A stretch of 17,911 nucleotides of DNA from Oculatellaceae cyanobacterium bins.114 (GCA_033764315.1 JANRJA010000080.1:1-17911); one strand, 5' to 3'; counted from the first letter of the stretch, positions 1 through 8,266 are shown. The notes: generated from the letters alone by a model not told the origin. Numbers and translations: made by a program.

Positions 1-1
1 T

Positions 2-2671
2 GTGCTTGGACTGAGTGGATTGATCAGTTTGCTGGTGCTCTATTACGGACACATTGCCGCAAGCTATTGGCTTTCTGGCGAGGGGCTTGCCTTTGTGCCT
101 GAGGGGGTTCCGGCTTGGTTCTATCCAGACGCTGTGTGGCAAATGATGCAAAACTTGCCAACCCTTTGGGCAGGGCAGTGGGGATGGTTAGGGTTGTTGA
201 GTGGACTGGCGATCGCCCTGTTGATTTATCCTCGCTGGTTATTAAGTGTTATTGCACTGATCGCCAGTCTATGTTTTGCATTGACGGTAGCAAATCATTG
301 GACAACGATATTAGCCGCGATGTATGCCACTCCGTTTGAGCAATCTGACCCTGTATTTCAACACGATATCGGCTTCTTTGTATTTTCTCTGCCGATCTGG
401 CAATTAGTGGGTTTTTGGTTGATTGGGTTGTTGATGTTGGCGTTTTGTTCCATTGGTCTGTTGTATCTTCTAGCGGCCAATAGCCTCAGCCAGGGGGAAT
501 TTTTGGGCTTCTCTGAAGCTCAGCAGCGACATCTGTTAACCGTGGGTGGGTGTTTGATGCTGGCGATCGCCTTGGGTCACTGGCTCGATCGCTACAATTT
601 GCTTTATTCCGATCAAGGATCGGTCTATGGAGCCAGTTATACCAATATCTTGGCTGATTTGCCAGGTCGCATCGGGTTAACTGGCGTGGCGTTTGTGCTA
701 GGGGCAATTGCCCTCTGGTCAGGGTTGTTGAGCCGCAAACCACGCTTCAAACCTCTCACCCCACGCGGCGTTTATACAATACCTGCCCGTGTAGGCAAGA
801 TGCGACCGCGGCTAGGGCAATCCTGGCTTTATAGCTTGGGGGCTTATCTGGGGATGTGGGCGATCGCCACCTGGATCTTGCCCTTAGCCATACAGCGGTT
901 GGTTGTGCAACCCAATGAGTTGAGTTTGGAGCGACCCTACATTCTTCGGACTCTTACGGCAACTCGACAGGCGTTTAACCTGGAGACGATTGATGTTGCC
1001 ACCTTCAATCCACAATATGGGTTGAATCAAGCAGCCCTACAACGCAATCGTCTCACCATCAACAACATTCGTCTGTGGGATACTCGTCCGTTGCTAGAGA
1101 GCAACCGTCAACTCCAGCGCATTCGTCCCTATTATGAGTTTCCAGATGCTGACATCGATCGCTACACGCTTCCGGCAGATGGAGGCAACACTACTCAACA
1201 GCAAATGTTTATTGCGGCTCGTGAATTAGACTATAGTTCGGTGCCACAAGAGGCGCAAACCTGGGTCAATCAACATTTGATCTATACCCACGGTTATGGC
1301 TTTACGTTGAGTCCAGTCAACACAGCAGGAGAAGGAGGCTTACCAGATTACTTCATTCAGGGCATTGAGCAAACGATTACCGATGAACGAATTCGAGCAG
1401 TCGTACCCGTTGATAATCCACAGATTTATTACGGTGAGATCACAGATAACTATGTCATGACTGGGACTGGGGTGCAGGAGCTAGACTACCCCAGTGGCAG
1501 TGACAATGTTTATAACACCTACGATGGTCACGGCGGTATCAGGCTGGGAAATGGGTGGCGACGCTTGCTCTATGCCAAACATCTGGGGGATTGGCGGATT
1601 TTATTAGCCGATAGTTTTACACCTCAAACCCGCTTGTTATTTCGTCGGCAAATCATCGATCGGGTCAAGACGATCGCCCCTTTCTTGCGGTATGACGCTG
1701 ATCCTTACCTTGTGGTAGTCAAAGTAGACGAAGCCGAGAAGCTGGTCAGTCGCAGGCAAGATGAGGCGTTTCACCCCAGTTCAGCGACTCCCCACCATCT
1801 GTATTGGGTTTTAGACGCTTACACCACGAGCGATCGCTATCCTTATTCTGACCCAGGAGATAACCCATTTAACTACATTCGCAACTCTGTCAAAGTTGTG
1901 GTCGATGCCTATCACGGCTCTGTTAATTTTTACGTTACTGATTGGTCTGATCCCATCATTCAAACCTGGAATCATGCCTTTCCTAAGGTGTTTCAGGCAC
2001 TCGATCAGATGCCAGCAGCACTGCGGAGACATATTCGCTATCCCGAAGATTTATATCGAGTTCAATCTAATCAGCTCATGGTCTATCACATGACCGATCC
2101 CCAAGTGTTTTACAACCGCGAGGATCAGTGGCGTGCTCCCAATGAGATTTATGGAGATGAACAACAGTTAGTTGAGCCTTATTACCTGATCATGAAACTG
2201 CCAACGGGCAGCAGTGAGGAGTTTATTTTGTTTCGTCCTTATGCGCCAGAACAACGCACCAACTTAGTTGCATGGCTGGCCGCCCGATCAGACGGAGATA
2301 ACTATGGCAAAATGCTGCTCTACCGCTTTCCTAAGCAAGAGTTGGTTTACGGGCCAGAACAGTTAGAAGCCCGAATCAACCAAGATCCTGTCATTTCTCA
2401 GCAGATTTCATTGTGGAATCGACGTGGCTCTAGAGCGTTGCAAGGAAATTTGTTAGTGATCCCGATTGAGCGATCGCTGTTGTATGTTGAGCCGTTGTAT
2501 TTAGAAGCCGAACAAAACCGATTGCCTATCTTGGCGCGAGTTATTGTTGCCTATGGCGATCGCATCGCTATGGCAGAAACCCTGGAGCAGTCTCTTAATG
2601 CCGTCTTTGAACCAAATACTCCAGAAACACCTGCCATTATTCGTCCTTTAGAGGAAGAGTCAGTGCCATGA
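2..2671 (+). CDS. UPF0182 family integral membrane protein (5' end lies outside the window)
   Basis: The frame is open from the window edge. Multiple N-terminal TM helices are followed by UPF0182 hallmark motifs DPVFQHDIGFFVFSLP, GASYT, NIRLWD, YYEFPDADIDRY, HLIYTHGYG, NYIRNSVKVVVDAYHG, YHMTDPQVFYNRED, GNLLVIPI and LYVEPLYL. Confidence 0.93.
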   Translation: MLGLSGLISLLVLYYGHIAASYWLSGEGLAFVPEGVPAWFYPDAVWQMMQNLPTLWAGQWGWLGLLSGLAIALLIYPRWLLSVIALIASLCFALTVANHWTTILAAMYATPFEQSDPVFQHDIGFFVFSLPIWQLVGFWLIGLLMLAFCSIGLLYLLAANSLSQGEFLGFSEAQQRHLLTVGGCLMLAIALGHWLDRYNLLYSDQGSVYGASYTNILADLPGRIGLTGVAFVLGAIALWSGLLSRKPRFKPLTPRGVYTIPARVGKMRPRLGQSWLYSLGAYLGMWAIATWILPLAIQRLVVQPNELSLERPYILRTLTATRQAFNLETIDVATFNPQYGLNQAALQRNRLTINNIRLWDTRPLLESNRQLQRIRPYYEFPDADIDRYTLPADGGNTTQQQMFIAARELDYSSVPQEAQTWVNQHLIYTHGYGFTLSPVNTAGEGGLPDYFIQGIEQTITDERIRAVVPVDNPQIYYGEITDNYVMTGTGVQELDYPSGSDNVYNTYDGHGGIRLGNGWRRLLYAKHLGDWRILLADSFTPQTRLLFRRQIIDRVKTIAPFLRYDADPYLVVVKVDEAEKLVSRRQDEAFHPSSATPHHLYWVLDAYTTSDRYPYSDPGDNPFNYIRNSVKVVVDAYHGSVNFYVTDWSDPIIQTWNHAFPKVFQALDQMPAALRRHIRYPEDLYRVQSNQLMVYHMTDPQVFYNREDQWRAPNEIYGDEQQLVEPYYLIMKLPTGSSEEFILFRPYAPEQRTNLVAWLAARSDGDNYGKMLLYRFPKQELVYGPEQLEARINQDPVISQQISLWNRRGSRALQGNLLVIPIERSLLYVEPLYLEAEQNRLPILARVIVAYGDRIAMAETLEQSLNAVFEPNTPETPAIIRPLEEESVP

Positions 2672-2753
2672 GCAGAGAATGGTTCATTGATCAATCCGCT
2701 CTGATCGTCCTGCTTGCTTATTGCCCTACTTGCTTTTCCAGACTTCTAACTCC

Positions 2754-3902
2754 CTACCTTCCGATCGATCCTTTTACGGCTTGACGCAATTGTTGAAAGA
2801 AGTCGCTCTCAGTAATTTCTGCCACTTGAGCCTCTACCTCAATAAAGTCGATATCAAATTGCAACAACTCTAATTGCTGCCGCAGCCACTCCTCTTGCTG
2901 TTTTCGCCGCGTGATATCAACGTTCGTGCCTTCGTAATACAACAACTGACCCACACTATTGCGAATCGCACGCGAAGATTCAGATACCCAAATCACCCTG
3001 CCATCCCTGCGATAAACCTGATATTCAAAATCAACCACTTCTCCTTGGGCTTCGATTTGCTCTAAAAAGGCTTGGCGATCGCTCGCATCCACATAGATTT
3101 GTTTCGTGATGTCTGTAACAGTAGCCATCATCTCTTCAGCTGAGTGGTAGCCATAAATCCGGGCCATTGACGGATTGACTTTGAGATAACGTCCATCGTG
3201 TGTGCTCTGAAAGATACCCTCAATCGCATTTTCAAAAATACTACGATAGGTGGCTTCGGCAATTCGCAATGAGTCTTCCATCTGTTTGCGATCGCTAATA
3301 TCGCACAAGGCACTCAAAAATGTCAGTTCCCCGTGAAACATAAACGGGCGCAATGACAACATGACCCACAACAAAGAGTTATCCTTCCGTCTGAGTTGCA
3401 GTTCATAATTCTGCACGTATCCCTGTTCGGCAAAAATTGTCAAGATTTTCTGACGATCTTGTGGGTTCCAATAAAAATCGGATGTCTTGCAACTGATTAG
3501 CTCTGTCAGTGGTAGCCCAAAAGTTGTGGTTGTAATCGCGTTAGCATACAAAATCGTGCCATCTACAATGTTAGAAATCAGAATTGGCAACGGAGTGGCT
3601 TCAGCAATTAAACGAAACTGCTCTTCATTCTGACGAACAATGTCATCGGTTTGATGGTTAAACTTGGCTTCAACCTCGTCTGAGTGCTGAGTGGTTGTTT
3701 CTAATAAGTCTTCAAGACTAACTTTGTCTTGTTGCAACGACGAGATTTTCGCATCTGAGTGTGCGATCGCTTTTGCAAGCAGGCTCTCCACATCTGCTTT
3801 TTCTCGTTGGAGCTTGTCTACCGTTTGATTGAGCCACTCTACATGTACATTCAATCTTGCGATTTCTAAGGCAAGCTGCTCTTTAGAGACTTCGTCTGGC
3901 AT
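2754..3902 (-). CDS. PAS domain S-box protein: N-terminal coiled coil, two PAS/PAC domains and a C-terminal helical motif, with no catalytic output domain
   Basis: Two PAS/PAC units are visible: EQFRLIAEATPLPI...DISDRKQME and YRSIFENAIEGIFQST...DITRRKQQE. The ATG at 3902 (MPDEVSK) follows AAAGG and is preferred over the ORF-track GTG start at 4013. Confidence 0.85.
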   Translation of the reverse strand: MPDEVSKEQLALEIARLNVHVEWLNQTVDKLQREKADVESLLAKAIAHSDAKISSLQQDKVSLEDLLETTTQHSDEVEAKFNHQTDDIVRQNEEQFRLIAEATPLPILISNIVDGTILYANAITTTTFGLPLTELISCKTSDFYWNPQDRQKILTIFAEQGYVQNYELQLRRKDNSLLWVMLSLRPFMFHGELTFLSALCDISDRKQMEDSLRIAEATYRSIFENAIEGIFQSTHDGRYLKVNPSMARIYGYHSAEEMMATVTDITKQIYVDASDRQAFLEQIEAQGEVVDFEYQVYRRDGRVIWVSESSRAIRNSVGQLLYYEGTNVDITRRKQQEEWLRQQLELLQFDIDFIEVEAQVAEITESDFFQQLRQAVKGSIGR

Positions 3903-4024
3903 ACGACCTTTACAGCAAATAATGCGGTTACAAGCATCATAGAATCTTTTCCGTATTGCTGAATGAGGGCTATGAACTCCCAGCATTAAATTATTTAGAT
4001 ACGCGATGTGCACCTTAGGGGTTT

Positions 4025-4090
4025 AGATCCCGGTTTCTTGTTGGAGCTGACTGCAAGATACCTAGTTACATTCCTAGAAACCGGGGAGCT
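4025..4090. repeat. Small palindromic dispersed-repeat-like element (AGATCCCGGTTTCT...AGAAACCGGGGAGCT)
   Basis: A perfect 10-bp inverted repeat CCCGGTTTCT (4029-4038) / AGAAACCGGG (4076-4085) surrounds a 37-nt spacer. It resembles intergenic repeats of filamentous cyanobacteria. Confidence 0.5.
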
Positions 4091-4265
4091 GGAATAGTCA
4101 CACATAGGGTTTAGATCATATGTAGATCAGTAGATCAACTGACGAAGTTGAATTTAAATAGACCTATATGCAAAAGGGGAAAGTGGGTTTATCTCTGGTC
4201 AAAGTTTCACCACCCCTGCACCCGGTCATACCCCTATCAATTAACTAGAAACCCGTTTGTTTGTT

Positions 4266-4292
4266 GGTAGTCCTAAACAAGTAAGGACTACC
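4266..4292. terminator. Stem-loop immediately downstream of the AI-2E transporter gene (terminator-like or 3' stabilising hairpin)
   Basis: GGTAGTCCT-9 nt-AGGACTACC forms a perfect 9-bp stem 7 nt after the stop codon at 4300. The T-rich tail is on the + strand rather than the - strand, so orientation is ambiguous. Confidence 0.5.
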
Positions 4293-4299
4293 TGTTTGT

Positions 4300-5454
4300 T
4301 TAATTGGCTTTATCAATAGGAGGCAGAGACTCCGTTGGAATGGGTGGAGAGGTGGCGTCTGGCTCGATCAATACATTGTCTGAGTCTATGCCTCGCGAAA
4401 CAGATGCCGGAACGGTTTCTAAGTGATCATTACCCCACTTGTCTAAAATATCTTTGATTAATGCTTCCTCAATCCAGGTTTTAGCCACAACTGCCAACGG
4501 CAACGCCAACAATAGCCCTAAAAATCCAAAGAAACTCGCAAAGAAGATCTGTGCCGCTAGAGTCAGAGCAGGCAACAAAGACACCTGTTGTTGCATCACC
4601 GTTGGCGTTAAGTAATAAGCCTCAACCTGCTGAATGATCAGGTAAAGCCCAATCACAAACAATGCCTTCCACGGAGAATCTAGCAATGCCACTGTCAGAG
4701 GAAACACAATACTTAACGTGGGTCCAATATTGGGAATGAAGTTTAGCAAACCTGCTAGCAATGCATGCGCCAAAACAAATTGAATTTGCAGTGCCCATAA
4801 GCCAATAAAGCTGAGGGCTGCCACAAAGGAAGAGCTGATCAACAATCCACCCATCCAGTTGCCCAACGCTGCCTCACATTTCACTAAGATCTCATCGGCG
4901 CGACGTCGATAAAACGAGGGAAACAATTTGAGAAACGTATGGCGATACCCCACTGGGTTGACTAAGAGCATGATCGTCAACACAAACACCACCAACAACT
5001 TCAATAAGGCATTGAGCGAATTGGAAAAGAATTCCAGGAAATTTCCTAGAATATTTTGCACGAGTGGTCGAAGTTGTTGAGCCACACTCGTCAGGTCAGT
5101 GGGCAACTCTAATACAGGCACCCAAGAGGGGCGTTGGTCGATAAACTGTTCAAGGCGGAAGGAGATCTCAGTGACAGCTTTGGGCAAAAGTTGCACCAGT
5201 TGCAGAAATTGATCGATAAAGGGCGGCACGATCAACCCCATAAACAGCAACGCCACTACAAAGACAATGCCTAATGCTAATGGCACCGCCGCCCGCCGAG
5301 ACATGCCAGATTTCTGTAGTCGCCTTGCCAAACTGTTGAGGGCGATCGCCAACACGATAGCCGCAAATACCAACAGCAGCATTTGCCTAATTTGCCATAG
5401 GATGACCAATGCAATAATGAGGCACAAAAAACCCAACCACTGACCCAACTTCAC
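4300..5454 (-). CDS. AI-2E family transporter (PerM/UPF0118)
   Basis: Multi-TM protein with family motifs LAGLLNFIPNIGP, QQVEAYYLTPTVM and FGFLGLLLALPL. The GTG start is preceded by a strong SD (GAGGAG). Confidence 0.93.
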   Translation of the reverse strand: MKLGQWLGFLCLIIALVILWQIRQMLLLVFAAIVLAIALNSLARRLQKSGMSRRAAVPLALGIVFVVALLFMGLIVPPFIDQFLQLVQLLPKAVTEISFRLEQFIDQRPSWVPVLELPTDLTSVAQQLRPLVQNILGNFLEFFSNSLNALLKLLVVFVLTIMLLVNPVGYRHTFLKLFPSFYRRRADEILVKCEAALGNWMGGLLISSSFVAALSFIGLWALQIQFVLAHALLAGLLNFIPNIGPTLSIVFPLTVALLDSPWKALFVIGLYLIIQQVEAYYLTPTVMQQQVSLLPALTLAAQIFFASFFGFLGLLLALPLAVVAKTWIEEALIKDILDKWGNDHLETVPASVSRGIDSDNVLIEPDATSPPIPTESLPPIDKAN

Positions 5455-5565
5455 ACGTTTAACTCCTCACTCCCATGTACATCATCATATTCGTCATCTA
5501 ATGATGTATGGATGAAGAATATACGACTACCTGCTATAGAGAGACAAAAATTTGAAATCGGTTAT

Positions 5566-5632
5566 GTGGCAGTCCTAGATCATGTGTGAGATTAAGGAGT
5601 TGTAAGAAGCGCACCCACTTGGGACTGCTATA
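5566..5632. repeat. Short inverted-repeat element with (T)AGCAGTCC-type ends
   Basis: The left end TGTGGCAGTCCTAGAT and right end ACTTGGGACTGCTATA are imperfect inverted repeats (core GCAGTCC/GGACTGC). They resemble the TATAGCAGTCCTAAAT-type intergenic repeats of filamentous cyanobacteria. Confidence 0.55.
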
Positions 5633-5832
5633 CAAACATCTCATCGTCCAGCAAAGTCTCGACCAACAACAGGCAGTCCAACTGGGCATTGGGGGGGATG
5701 AATCGTTGTAGGCGCAGAAGTAATGCGATCGCCACCCAAAAACCCGGGTTCCATCTGGAACCCGCAATCTCTCAATAGATTGACGTTAATCCGCTGCAAT
5801 TTCTGTTAATTAAGATTAGTGAACTCTTAGTA

Positions 5833-5946
5833 CAACTCGTCGTAAATAGGGGTGGGAATTTGGGGTGCAGGGGTTTCACCCCTGGCTGGGGGCACAGCCC
5901 CCACACCCCCTTGGTTTTATTTCCGAACCCTATCTGTGAAAAGCAG
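5833..5946. mobile_element. Putative ~114-bp non-autonomous MITE-like element flanked by TA dinucleotides
   Basis: TA at 5831-5832 and 5947-5948. Imperfect terminal inverted repeats CAACTCGTCGTAAATAGGG / CCCTATCTGTGAAAAGCAG match at 12/19. The GC-rich core is a branched palindrome: GGGGTG-CAGGGG tttca CCCCTG-gct-GGGGGC aca GCCCCC-a-CACCCC. Confidence 0.6.
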
Positions 5947-6006
5947 TACTTAGAAAACTCTAAAACAACTGGCTTGGGTTTCGTTACACCATTCTTGCTT
6001 TTAATA

Positions 6007-6585
6007 ATGAGGTTGATCGTCTTGCATTTTAAGCCAATTATTTTTGGCATTAGTGATCTGTTTACAGTGAGTTGGCACCAGATTTTTACCCCCAGTGTCT
6101 CACTTGTCGAATTGTTTATTCGGGGATCCCTGGTCTACCTGATTTTATTCTCACTGTTGCGGTTTTTGCCCAATCGTCAAGTCGGAGCCGTCGGCATTGC
6201 AGATTTGCTTGTGATCATTTTGTTTGCTAACGCTGCTCAAAATGCAATGGCATCTGACTACAGCTCTCTGACAGATGGGTTGATCTTAGTCGCAACGATC
6301 GTGTTTTGGAACTATCTGCTCAATTGGTTGGGGTTCAAGTTTCCTAAAATTCAACGGCTTTTAAGTCCACCCCCTTTGATGTTGGTTAAAAATGGGCGAA
6401 TGATTTTTCGCAACATGCGGCGAGAATTGATTACCGAGGGTGAGTTGATGCTGCAACTCCGCAAACAAGGCGTTGAGAAGATCGATGAAGTCAAAATGGC
6501 ATTTATGGAAGCCGATGGCAGTGTTAGCGTGATTACCCACAGCACACCAATTCATCCCTCATCTAAACCCCCAGCCCTGGGGTGA
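6007..6585 (+). CDS. DUF421 (YetF/YcaP-like) membrane protein
   Basis: Three TM segments (ELFIRGSLVYLILFSLLRF, ADLLVIILFANAAQNAM, GLILVATIVFWNYLLNWL) precede the DUF421 signature PLMLVKNGRMIFRNMRRELITEGELMLQLRKQGV...AFMEADGSVSVI. The ORF-track start at 5860 lies inside the MITE, so ATG 6007 (or a slightly later start) is preferred. Confidence 0.88.
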   Translation: MRLIVLHFKPIIFGISDLFTVSWHQIFTPSVSLVELFIRGSLVYLILFSLLRFLPNRQVGAVGIADLLVIILFANAAQNAMASDYSSLTDGLILVATIVFWNYLLNWLGFKFPKIQRLLSPPPLMLVKNGRMIFRNMRRELITEGELMLQLRKQGVEKIDEVKMAFMEADGSVSVITHSTPIHPSSKPPALG

Positions 6586-6587
6586 TC

Positions 6588-8159
6588 TCAACCGCTTAAG
6601 AGGGCTTCAACAAACTCGTAGCTAGAGAAGGGGCGGAGATCTTCAATGCCTTCGCCTGCCCCAATAAACCGAATTGGCAATCCTAGTTGTTGCACAACTG
6701 CAAGAGCAATGCCGCCTTTAGCCGTGCCATCTAACTTAGTGAGCACCACGCCACTCAATTGAGCCGCTTCTGAAAAGACTTCGGCTTGACGCAATCCATT
6801 TTGCCCTAAGGTGGCGTCTAAAACCAGCAAGGATTCGATATGAGCATTGGGGGCTTTTTTATCAATAATCCGACGGATTTTGCTCAACTCATCCATTAAG
6901 TTCTTTTTGTTCTGCAATCGCCCAGCTGTATCAATCAGCAGCAGTTCAGTGTTACGAGCTTGAGCGGCGGTGATAGCATCAAACACCACAGCAGCGGGAT
7001 CAGTATTTTTGCCGGGGTTAGCGATGACTTCGACATTACTGCGATCGCCCCATACTTTGACTTGTTGCACGGCGGCGGCTCTAAAGGTATCTGCCGCCCC
7101 AATCAAACATTGATAGCCCGATTTTTGAGCAATATGAGCCAGTTTGCCAATTGTGGTTGTTTTTCCGGCTCCATTTACTCCTGTAATTAACCAGATATTT
7201 AAGGTATCTTTTTCAGGAGCAAAAGTGGGGTCATAGGGTTTGCCGCCAGGATTGTCTAACATGCCGCGCAAAATCTCTTTGAGATAGGCGATCGCCTGTT
7301 CTGGGGGAAGCACTTCCTGACGCAACCGCTGTTGCAACGACTCAATAATGAAATCAGTTGCCTCAACCCCTACATCCGCTTGCAATAACAATGCCTCAAT
7401 TTCCAGAACAGCATCCTGGTTGAGCGGCCCCTGCCCCACGATCGCCCGCAACTGGTTAATCAAACTGCGGCGGGTCTTGTCTAAGCTCTGACGCAACCGC
7501 TTCAGCCAGGTGATTTCTTCGATATCAACCTGATCAGGACGGCGACCTTGAGCGGCTAAAACCTGGGCTGACCAAACAAAATTTTCATCCAACGGCAGTT
7601 CAGGAATGGCAGCAGCCGTGGTTGTCGAGGTCTGACGAGTCTCAGGTTCAGGTTCTGCGATCGCCTCTGCTTTTAATCGCTCCAATCGTTCTTGGCGTTC
7701 GGCTTCGGCTTGTGCCCAAAACGGCAGTGCGACGGCAGCCGTCTCTGGCTCTGAAGGTGCTGTGGTCTCTGAAATAGGGGTTTCAACCGTCGCAGCTGCG
7801 ACCTCCGGTTCGGGTGCTGTCACGGAGATAGGTTCCACCACTTCAGCCGCAGTAGGGGTTGCAACGGCATCCATTGTAGACGCAACCTCTCCTGTCTCGA
7901 CTGGCGCAGGAGGTGCTTCTTCAGGAGACGCAGCGGTAGACGCAGAATCGGTTGTTGCCGCTTCTGCCTGCCGTTTCTGAATATTCTTATAAGCCGCTTT
8001 TGCCCACGCTAGAGAGTCAGAGTCGATCGCTGGCTCAGAGGTGCTAGACAAATCAACAGAGGCTTCAGGTTGGGCCGAGGCAGATTCTGGTGATGGGGTT
8101 GACTCCGACTTAGCATCAGAGGAAGGATTTTGGGGGCGGTTAAACCAATTGAAAGACAT
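6588..8159 (-). CDS. ftsY: Signal recognition particle-docking protein FtsY
   Basis: SRP GTPase motifs GVNGAGKTTTIGKLA, DTFRAAA, DTAGRLQ, TKLDGTAKGG and IGAGEGIEDLRPF are present, with a long acidic Ala/Pro/Glu-rich N-terminal region. The start is placed at ATG 8159 (MSFNWFNR, typical of cyanobacterial FtsY). Confidence 0.97.
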   Translation of the reverse strand: MSFNWFNRPQNPSSDAKSESTPSPESASAQPEASVDLSSTSEPAIDSDSLAWAKAAYKNIQKRQAEAATTDSASTAASPEEAPPAPVETGEVASTMDAVATPTAAEVVEPISVTAPEPEVAAATVETPISETTAPSEPETAAVALPFWAQAEAERQERLERLKAEAIAEPEPETRQTSTTTAAAIPELPLDENFVWSAQVLAAQGRRPDQVDIEEITWLKRLRQSLDKTRRSLINQLRAIVGQGPLNQDAVLEIEALLLQADVGVEATDFIIESLQQRLRQEVLPPEQAIAYLKEILRGMLDNPGGKPYDPTFAPEKDTLNIWLITGVNGAGKTTTIGKLAHIAQKSGYQCLIGAADTFRAAAVQQVKVWGDRSNVEVIANPGKNTDPAAVVFDAITAAQARNTELLLIDTAGRLQNKKNLMDELSKIRRIIDKKAPNAHIESLLVLDATLGQNGLRQAEVFSEAAQLSGVVLTKLDGTAKGGIALAVVQQLGLPIRFIGAGEGIEDLRPFSSYEFVEALLSG

Positions 8160-8266
8160 CGAAATTGACCCTACTGCCGGACGATATCGTATTGAAAGAT
8201 GATTTGGACTATCTCTACCATAAGCGTACAAGGAGTTCACTGACTCTAGAGATTTAGAGAATGGCT

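Noticed and set aside
3903..4013. 37-aa N-terminal extension of the PAS ORF from GTG 4013
   Set aside because: Cys/His-rich, non-protein-like sequence adjoining a repeat region. ATG 3902 has an SD-like AAAGG.
4213..4223. CCCCTGCACCC matching the reverse complement of the MITE core (5863-5873)
   Set aside because: Only 11 bp of low-complexity GC sequence without the flanking structure. It could be chance.
5534..5767. 77-aa minus-strand ORF
   Set aside because: Trp/Cys-rich with a TTG start, and crosses a repeat element. Likely spurious.
5860..6006. N-terminal extension of the DUF421 ORF (MGCRGFTPGWGHSPHTP...)
   Set aside because: It is largely a translation of the palindromic MITE-like element, not DUF421-like sequence.
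5772..6050. 92-aa minus-strand ORF
   Set aside because: It runs through the MITE and antisense to the DUF421 start, with no recognisable motifs.
7600..8130. Low-complexity Ala/Pro/Glu/Thr region in FtsY as a possible novel domain
   Set aside because: A variable acidic N-terminal region is a known feature of FtsY.
8160..8240. Upstream in-frame extension of ftsY
   Set aside because: Cyanobacterial FtsY typically begins M-x-FNWF, so ATG 8159 is the better start.
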